The position numbers and the translations under genes were made by a program. DNA of 64,000 bases from Chlorokybus atmophyticus (taxonomy: Eukaryota; Plantae; Mesostigma and Chlorokybus algae). The notes beneath the pieces were generated by a model. The model made no database searches. It saw only the letters and a program-made list of their open reading frames with translations, and had not been told where the DNA came from. Location: positions 310,001-374,000 of the forward strand of contig RHPI01001037.1 in assembly GCA_009103225.1 (NCBI GenBank), read 5' to 3'. The stretch's first letter is position 1. Every line of letters begins with the position of its first letter. Positions 54,969-64,000 of the stretch are shown here, piece after piece.

Positions 54969-56179
54969 TCATATGTACAGAGTTGACCTACCACACGTCG
55001 TAGTAGTAGTTATTTTGTATGCACACAATATAACAGTAGCGCGGGCCGGCAGCAAACACTCAAGGCGCTGTCGTTTGGCAGCAATGCCGTCCTTCAGGAC
55101 CTCGAAAAGCAGATGTGGAGTGCGCTGCAGCTCGTTTAACTCGGATCCGTTCTGCACTTGCTCAAAGTGTTCCTGTCAACAGACGGCATTGCCACGGGCA
55201 TACGCAAGTCAAATGCGAGGGCAATGCCGTGGCATTCAGATCAATCAGTGCAAGTGAACTGATTGTGAACTGTTATTTAAGCATGCGCATGCACGTACCA
55301 GAATGTAACGTAGGGCTGCGGACTTCAGGTACCACGCTGCGTGCAAGTCTGCGAGTTGCAGCGCTCTGCATGCATTGGTCACCGACAACAACTGCTATCC
55401 AGGGAGGAACAGCTGTCAGCAGCAGGCACTCAGGTCATCCATCTGGCCAACACAAAGACACCGCACGCACGCACGCACGCACGCACGCATGTGTACATTA
55501 GAGTTTAGCCAAGTTGACAGTATGCTTGAAGGCCAACACGGACTCAATAGGAAAGTCGCTTACCGCAACGAGTTCAAGCTCACAATCGCGCTTGAGCAGC
55601 GGGAGAAGGTACTCCTCAGCCGCAGCAAGCAGTGTGACACACGAGTCAAAGTCCTGCTCACACCACGCGCACAAGCATAAATCATGTACACTTGCTCAGG
55701 TATGCTCACCACGCTGCTGCGTGCAACTCCAGTGGCATAGTTTCGCATGCTTCAGATTGTCATAGCAACACTCACCTTTGGCACATCGCAGCTATCCGTG
55801 TAGATATAGTCCAGTATGCACTCCATGGTGGCCTTGTCCACGTTGAGCAGCTCTATGGCGGCCGCCTTGCCCTCGCGCATGCTCGTGCTCCTGAACATGC
55901 CCGCAAACTTCCCCGACCTGAAAGAAAATAGCACCATACACGTGTGAACAATGCATGCAGCTCTGCTCCAGACACACAACACACAAATTGTGTTGGAAAG
56001 AAGCTGTGCTAACCTTGCGGCCAGCACGGCTTTGTGGGCTTTGAGTCGGTTTCTCTCCGGGCCGCACACCAACTCGACGTCGCACAAGTCGTGCGAGTCC
56101 AGCATTGTGGCAAATCTAGGGGCAAAGTTGACGGCAGCCTCTGCACATACACATACACACCCAGAGACATGGGTGAGCT

Positions 56180-56235
<56 letters not shown>

Positions 56236-56405
56236 CAGGTGCTGGCGCGCACCGTGGGTTCGAGCCATAGCATGGCGTGTCTCACGAGGATGACGTCGTC
56301 GGTGCGGACGCGCAGCACCTCCGCCGTGTCCTCGTCTCCATTCAACGCACCCGCGAATGTGAACGCCAAGCTGGCTGGAACAACGCCGAGCTGCGCATGT
56401 GACAC
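54969..56405 (-). CDS. BTB/POZ-domain protein, multi-exon; true ends uncertain (may span ~53800-56900)
   Basis: CDVELVCG..LKAHKAVLAAR|SGKFAGMF..MREG..IEL.NVDKATMECILDYIYTD and LLAAAEEYLLPLLKRDCELEL. Confidence 0.85.
56184..56232. repeat. (TG)n microsatellite in a BTB intron
   Basis: About 24 TG units. Confidence 0.97.
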
Positions 56406-57677
56406 GAGTACAATACGCGATTGATTTACTGCTCAATGCGTATGCACAGTCCTAGTTAGCACCACCAACGAGTTGTGTGACTCACCTTTGCTGCGTAAGC
56501 GTTTCTGACCTTCCGGAACTTTGTGGTTCTGTTCATCCGGAAATGCAGCTGGTCGTCCCTTCCTTATGCGGCAGATTGTGCCTGTGCAATGTGGGAGAGA
56601 GCACATAAAGCAACAGGCGTGCATACGCATATCGGTGCCTGGCTAATATGTATACACTTCCACCCAACATCACGCACCCCTTTTGTCCAAGAACATGTCT
56701 TCTTCAGCCGCGACGTAGAACGTGCAGCTGGGAAGCACGTCGCTCGCGGGGGCGGGAGGCTGCAGGTGTTGTTGAAGCAATGGATGCGGCTGGTGGCGCC
56801 CGCCACCAGCCTGCGGTGGCGCCTCGCCATCTCACAATAACAAGTGCTGCTGCTGGTGGTTGTTGCCGCTTGTTGCAATCGCCTGCTGAGTGTGACAGAC
56901 TTGCTCAATGCGCAGACAGATCAACGAATCGTTTGGTCGGAAGGCTGGAGAGTGGCGATTGATGCAAAGTTGCCCAAAAAAGTTAAGTAGAATGCAAATG
57001 TAGCACAACACATTGGTTTGCCGATAGCGTTATGGAAAGACTTCCGTGCAAGCCCGTGGCTACACGACGCAAAAGAGGTTGAACACGCATGCCGGACAAG
57101 TCTGCCTTACAAACCATACGCGGAATGTGTGTGGTACTACATAGCCGCGCAGGGTATTGCAAGTTTTTTTTTAGGTCTTGAGAGGCACAGAAAGCGGCAA
57201 CAGAGGCCACACAGCACGCATGCTGGCTGCTGCCGCATGCCATGCGTGCGTTCACACCTCAGCTTGACAGTACGATGATGATGCAGTTCCTGCCTGGTTG
57301 ACCCACCACTTCTAAGCGCCGCTGACCCCAATCTCGGACACAACTTGAACGAAACCAGTCTCGCAGCGAGACACGCCGCCGCCGACGACGCCGCCGCCCC
57401 TGTCCAAGACCACACACACCATGGCGCCAAACAGCCGGGACAGCTTCGAGTGTGCCGGCTGTGCTCAGGAATGATTGATTGATTGATTCACTGCGTTGAT
57501 GAATCAGATGGAGGCTCTGCACGATTCATTCACTCATCTTGTGACTGACTCTCTGAACCACCGACTTGGAAAAGAACACCTCAGCCGTGATCCAGTGAAT
57601 TACGAATTAGGGTTTGTCAGCGATTTGCGTGTCACGTGCGCGGGAGCCAGTTCCTGCCACGTGGCAGAGGCCGCCCC

Positions 57678-60600
57678 ATGGCGTCGCCGCCCCCGACGGC
57701 GGGGTGGACCAGGGGCGGCCGTGGTGGAGGCGTGGACATCGCGCAGGTGGAGGCCGACATAGCCCTGTGCGAGCGCCTGCTCGCCCGGGACCTCTTCACC
57801 GTCGCCGCCCTGCGCAAGGGGGACCCTGTCATTGCAGCACCTCGCCTGGCGCAGCGTCATGACGACATCCCCGCCGCCGGCCCTGCCGCCTACAACGACG
57901 ACGGCGACAAGGATACCTTCTTCTCGCGTCCCGAGCTGCGCCATGACGCCAGCTACACCACAGAGGAAGATTGTCATTATGGTAACGGCTGCAACTCGGA
58001 GGAGCGGGATGATGGTTATGGCGATGATGAGCATGGGCATGGGCACGAGTATGAGGACGCCAGCCATACAGCCATCACCCAAGACGACTACTACCACGAG
58101 GTGGAGAAAACGGCGCAAGTGAAGAAAGAGGAGGAGGACGTTGGCTATGTCGCGGCCGCGTGGCGAAAGCCTGTCCCTGCTGAGGAGATTGCTTGCCTGC
58201 CGGTGAGTGCGCGATCGCCCGCGGTTTGGGACATGTCATGGTTGGTCACGTTTACCCACACGCACGCGCTTCACAGCACGCTGTGAAGCGCGTGCGTGTG
58301 AGTAAGCGTGACCAACTGCATGCGCATGTCATGTTCACTCCATGTCAGAGCAGTGCTGTGTGTGCTGCGTGATGGTGCTATCCAGTTGTCATGGTGTCCC
58401 GGTGTTGATTGCATCATCATTGGCGTACAAACGAGTCCAAGTACAACAGCGTGTGTGAGAGCAGCACTCGCGATGAAGTTCTACTCAGTGCCTTGTCTGT
58501 GTGCCACACTGAAGCGCTTGACTCGATGTTGATGAGTGTCCGCTACCTGTGCAACCAGGACGACCGCAAACAGCGGCTCGAACAGCAGCTCGAATCCGAG
58601 CGCAGCCACCGCCAGAGCACCGCACGCGCTCAACCCCTCGCCTGGCAGCCGCACGCCTCCGACGCTATCGCCGGCTCGAGCGGATACACCAACTTTGATG
58701 CCGAGGAGTATGTGCAACATGATGGTGACGATAGTGACGACAACCACACGCCGGTGCCATCGACTTCAGGCTCCGTCAGCAGTGTGCGGAGCATTGCGAG
58801 GAGTGATAGTGACGATCGCACGCGAGAGAGAAGCAAGCGCAAGTCGGTGCACTGGAGCCCAAGCACGCGGTCCACACTCGTGCGGCCGTCGAGTGCACCC
58901 AACCAATATACCCACTCCCAAGGTGGGTTGATGCTGTTGTTGCTGTGGTTGTCGTAATTGTTGTTGCCATCACCACTGTGAGCTCTTCTTCCTTCGCAGC
59001 CAAGGCGAGTACACGTCGAACCACCGTGCCCGCGGCCTTTCACCTCAGCGAGCCCTCCGGCCGCGTGACAAAGGACTCCATCACACGGGAGGTTGAGGCT
59101 AGGCTGCACGCAGAATGCACATTCACCCCATCAGTGCACAAGACAAAACACGCCACCACACACACACACTCTCTGCTGCCTCTCTCGCCGTCGGAGCGGT
59201 TGGCTCGCCTCGCACGGCCCCGCACGGCCGCCAGCAGACGGGAGGACATCGACAGCGTTGATGGTGTTGATGTGGATGCGATGGAGTGCACATTCAGGCC
59301 GCGCACGGGAAGGCCGCCGAAGAACCGCCCCGACGACGGCCTCAGAGTCGAGGAAAGACTACTCAAGGACCTCGCCGTCAAGCGCGCCGTCATGGAGGTG
59401 GCCGCGCGCACGCGCGAGGAGAAAGAACTCGCCGAATGCACATTTCGACCAGAGGTAGGGTACATACACACATGTACGCACGCTGTTGTGATATACCATC
59501 TCATACTCATGTCACACAAACGTTGTCATCCAGGTTTCATGTGCATCGGCGGTTCTTGTGGATGCCAACCGGACTCCCGTGCACTTGCGTGCGAAGGATG
59601 ACCACAACAAGAAGGAGGGGAAAAAGAGGAGGAGTGGCCAGAGGGGTGAAGTTGGGGATGTGGATGAGGAAGTGGACTTCACGTTCGAGCCGCGCATCAG
59701 CGAGGTGTCCCGGCTGATGGCCGAGCTGCGGGCCGCATCGGATGGCGGGGACAGGCCGCCGCTGGACGAGCCCATGCAAAGCTGGCGGAACCGCGTCGCG
59801 GCGAGAGGAGGAGAAGCAACGTCACCAACGGCAGAAGAGTGCACGTTCGCGCCGGCCATCAACCCAACGTCAGAACGCTTAGTGACAGGTACGCTCACAA
59901 TCAGTCTGTTTTGAGCTGCTGTGCATGCGCAGTCAGCACGCATCACAGTAGTCACTATGTGAAGGCCACATACAACTGAGATGCATGTGCGTGCGTGCCT
60001 ACATGCGTCTGTGTTCACTTGATGCATACACGTGTACAGTACATGTGCGTTATGCCCATTGCTCAGACACCTATGACGTGCAAGTGTCTAAACGTGTCCA
60101 CGTGCAGCCGTGTTTGAGAGTGAAGACTTTTTGTCTCGGCAACGGGCATTCGAGGTTAGAAGACGGCACAACACGAGGGTGCTGGAGTCCGTTGCCGCTG
60201 CCGACTGCACATTCTCACCAAGCGTGAGCCCTTCACGCCGTCGGGACACGCCACCCAACACCACAGCGAAATCGCATGGCATAGAGGAGGAGTCCCCTCC
60301 CCCCTCGTCTACACGCAGGGAGAGGCGAATGTCGATTGTGCAAGCCGAGCAGGACTCGCAGCTGACGTTCCGACCCCACATCACGCCCAACTCCAAAAAG
60401 ATGAACGTGTGCCGCCAAGCACTTACTGCGGTGAGAGTCGCAGTTGTGGGTGTATGTTGGCCTGCAAGTTGAACACGTCGCTGTTGTTGTTATGTTCAGA
60501 GGAGTGATGGGAGGAGATTGAGGCCGGACGTGCAGCAGGTGATGCAACTCATGTTCGAGGTGATGCTGCTAAACATGCGCCCAAAGCGTGAGGCCACTTA

Positions 60601-61386
60601 GCTACACATACCCACCCAATACATGTGTGCTGCTATGCAGGCCAGCTGCACATTTCAACCCAAGACTTGTAAATACAGCTCCCCGGGCGGTGGCGAGCCC
60701 GTGCACAGGCTGCAGGTGCACATCGCGGACACGGACTCGCTGATGGAACGCATTGAAGACTACCGCAAGTGAGTGACTGCATCACTACAACTTGGAACCT
60801 AGCAAGTGTCTCTTTGATGTTAGTGGCGATAGAGTGTGAGTCATGTTTGCGGTTGCAATCACAGGGTTAAAGAGGCCCACATGCAAGCGTGCAAGGAGGT
60901 CCAGATGCGCGTTGCCGTGGAGCAGTGTACGTTCGCACCCAAGATCAAAGGCGAGACACCCGACACGACAAAACCGGTGGTTGTGGCCGGCCTGGACCGC
61001 TACCTCGAGCTTGTGGACATGGCAAACAAGCAGCACGACGCAAAGGCCGAGCGCACAGCAAAAGCGTTCAGGCTCAATCCCCCTTCCCCTCACAGGTGTG
61101 TGTGGCATCAGTCAACACTCATCACCACCACCCACATGAACAACCAACCCACGAGTGAGTGTGCTTTCTCTCTCTCAGGCCGAGCGTGACTCTCCCGCAG
61201 CCATTCAGTTTTCATGATCGGAACTGCGAGCGTCTGGCGGGGCTCGCGGCGAAGGTGCACGCGATGCGGGAGGGGTATCAGGCCAAGCAGTGCACGTTCA
61301 AGCCCGCGCTCAACCAAGCCGTCCACGAGAGGGTTGAGAGGATACTCAAGGAAGCGCGAGACGGGGAGGAGGGGATTGGAGTATAG
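57678..61386 (+). CDS. Protein with dispersed [E/D]CTFxP repeats, multi-exon, probably microtubule-associated
   Basis: ECTFTP, ECTFRP (x2), DFTFEP, ECTFAP, DCTFSP, QLTFRP, LHFQP, QCTFAP and QCTFKP, plus SVTLPQPFSFH, on consecutive GT..AG-bounded exons; stop at 61384-61386. Confidence 0.8.
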
Positions 61387-63402
61387 ACGCAGTGTTGGGG
61401 TGTTGTGATGTTGGTTGGCAGAGTCGGTGCAAGTGAGGTGGAGTACATGTGACGCTGTCAGTAACTGTGTATAACAGATTATCAAGGTTGTAGCCATTCA
61501 TCATAGCCCGTAACTAGATAGATACATCCACCCTTCTTTGGCGAATGTAGATATAAAAGCCGTGTGCACAGAATGGCGCGCGCGCGCACGCGCACGCACG
61601 CACCTGCAGGCACAGGGCATACCAACACAAGATCCGTGATTTGAAGCAGGGGGGCACGTGAGGGGCAACAGTAGGCGGAGGAGACTCAAGCAAGGAGAAA
61701 CACATTGATCAACCAGTCTGGATGCCCTGAAGCCATCAACCTCTTGATCCATTGAGTAATGCAAATCAGCTGAAACTCGCAGCGATTGCACTATTAGCAC
61801 ACGGTATGCCAGCCCAAGTGCATTCAGCTACAACCACGTACGGGCTGCCTACATCTGCCTGCTGCTCGCAACCACTCATGCATGCACGCGTGCGCATGGC
61901 ACAACAATGCAAATGCGCACAAACTCACATACAAGCTCATGCACGCAAGGGAGGGCACAGAGACAACAAATGATGTGTACATAGGGGCGAAAGTTGCTCC
62001 CATGTCAATCAGTTAAATTCACCGCTGCAGGTGGTCCGGTTGTCCATATCCTCTGCCTCAGCTTGCTGCCACTACTGCACGCACTTGCACGCATACGCAT
62101 GCACGTGGTGTAGTGGTGGGCTAGGTAGCTTGCATTGAGCTGAGCATCTGTCAGATACACCCCCCGGCCAAATTGTAGACCTAATTCCGTTGCGTTCCTA
62201 CTTTGCATATGTTTTATATACTATTGCATGTACTATGATACCGTATACAATTCAAACGCGCATTGCTCCTTAACGGACATGCGTTGCTACACATGTACAT
62301 CGCAATGTTAGCGGAGCTACATTGTATGACGTTACATCCCTAAACATGGTGGACCATATGCTTAAGCCTAATTCTCGCTAAAGAGGTGACTTTCCCAACG
62401 TTTCGGAAATTGTGCATTAGGTGTCAAGTGCCAATGGCTATGAATTTGTCTTTTATGGACGTCATGTTGTTTTCTTTGAAACGACACAACCATCTCCTCA
62501 TGAACCAATTTGAGGATGTTGCATAAATCATAGGACATTGACGGGATGAGAATACAAGCAAACATCTCAACTCAAAATGAGACCAAAAACATTACTCACC
62601 AACCGGACAACACATGTATACACTTCAACAAAATAAGCTCAACCATGCATGACATCAGCGGCAGGGCAGCGAAAAGCTTTAGCTACAGAGTCGTGGAGGA
62701 GCGGAGCATATGGCAAAGTAAAGCATGAACTCGTGTTGTGGTGATTGCCTTGCATGCTACCATCTGAGCTTTACACAATGAATACAATCGAGGCTTCCCA
62801 ATGACATGTTGCACATGTTGCATATGCTTGATGGCCCTAAGTACAAGATTAACAACTGTTAACTGGTATTGTCTTATAAGTGTGTGCCATAACATATGGC
62901 CCCAAAAGAGTATCAGAATTATTGTAACGTTGGTGTAAATGTATTACACAATACACATATAAACGCTTTTATGCGTTTAATCAACCATGTAACATGGTTT
63001 GGTGCAACATGTTACATGTTACGGTTTGACTCAGTTTATATCCAGATGCACATGATTATCCAACCACTATGCAACTTTGAAGGCATTAAGATAACTTGCG
63101 AATAACAAGACATCTGCGTAACATTATAACGTGATAATGTATGGTAAGCTTACCATTTTCCATCTTATGAGGTATTACGTGATGAATTGTTTACGATGTT
63201 ACAAATGTACGAATGGCAAAGGATTGTCGGGTGGAGACATCAATCTATCTTGTACAACCACACAACACTTTCTCGTCAGTTGCTTTATAGTGCAGAGCCG
63301 TGTTGTCACTCGCTTCGGCCAAAGGCACAGTTGTTGCATGTACACTTTACAATCCAGAGCCACTCATGGACTATTAGTTCAGAACTACAACCTGCCCATG
63401 AA

Positions 63403-64000
63403 TCATGGGGGGGGCAGCCATGATGCCATCAACCAGCTTCCCCCGAATGCGTTCCGTTTCTCAAGCTGACTCAGCGCAATGGCTTGCGCACTTGGGCAGG
63501 GCAGGCTGCTAAGCTGATTGGCATTCCGCGTTCTTTTGTCAGCTAGGCGCCACTTCTGCAACTGCGTTTTCCCCAAGCACATTGCCAAGCACGTCGGTGG
63601 CCTCGTCCTGCGCCGGGAGCAACGCCCCCCCTCGTCGCTCGCGGCAACGCAGCACTTTCGCTCCCCCCGGGACGCCCAGGGGATAACCACCACGGCGATG
63701 GCGGCAGCGAACACGGTGCGCGGGGGCAGGGGTGAATGGCTTGCTTGCCAGTTCGGCATGCCGGGCCAGGCCTTGCATGAGTGGTGTTGAGTAGTGTGTA
63801 CGCAGAGTAGAGACAAACCGTTTGTGTACATTGCCCTCTTCTCGCTCACTCTCGTTCTCATCTCGTGCTCAGAAGTTGCCGTACCCGCCTCCTCAGCAGC
63901 AGCTTGGTCCGTCTCAAGCGCCTGCTCGAGCCGGCGGCGTTCCAAACCTGCAGCCGCAACCCTCGCACCAGACCGTCGCTCTGTCGGTGCTGGGCGGCAA
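63403..64000 (-). CDS. Partial unknown gene running off the window; may have further small exons down to ~61700
   Basis: Open, GC-rich minus-strand frame (ERRRLEQALETDQAAAEEAG..) and minus-strand donor-like sites downstream (e.g. G|GTAAGC near 63150). No recognisable domain. Confidence 0.4.
   Translation of the reverse strand, partial: CRPAPTERRSGARVAAAGLERRRLEQALETDQAAAEEAGTATSEHEMRTRVSEKRAMYTNGLSLLCVHTTQHHSCKAWPGMPNWQASHSPLPPRTVFAAAIAVVVIPWASRGERKCCVAASDEGGRCSRRRTRPPTCLAMCLGKTQLQKWRLADKRTRNANQLSSLPCPSAQAIALSQLEKRNAFGGSWLMASWLPPP

Noticed and set aside
26186-61800. Numerous Cys/His/Met-rich 60-150 aa ORFs in the six-frame track
   Set aside because: They are by-products of tgcatg/caca-rich introns and antisense frames of real genes.
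62341-62526. hAT dimerisation-like or kinase-like peptides on the plus strand (FPTFRKLC; SGAYGKV near 62700)
   Set aside because: Motif spacing is wrong, there are no supporting motifs or TIRs, and minus-strand exons are an equally good explanation.

Overview
Eukaryotic nuclear DNA, most likely a green alga (intron-rich genes with plastid transit peptides; probably a flagellate or early-diverging streptophyte, by inference only). Positions ~1-25 kb are a nest of transposons: a decayed Ty3/Gypsy with two Copia-type solo LTRs, an intron-containing Helitron (canonical 3' hairpin + CTAG at 16999-17029), an internally deleted Copia with a half-tRNA-type PBS, and a decayed L1-like LINE. This part also has a 522-nt poly-G run and an N gap that look like assembly artefacts. 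Positions ~26-64 kb are gene-dense, with strictly alternating orientation: plastid PGK(+), SLC38/AVT6-like amino-acid transporter(-), DUF1295(+), TRAPPC5(-), AGPase small subunit(+), SYP61/syntaxin-6(-), Moonraker-like(+), BTB protein(-), ECTFxP-repeat protein(+), and a partial unknown gene(-). The most unusual object is a 4.17-kb gag-protease retroelement inserted in the Helitron (9920-14091). Its repeats are arranged A-ORF-B-gc-A-B, it has TG..CA ends and a 4-bp TSD, and its PBS/PPT-like sites imply that it integrated through a palindromic site in the middle of its LTR. A second relative at 45242-46162 has the form expected from a 1-LTR circle. All alignments and counts were done by eye, and exon boundaries are approximate.
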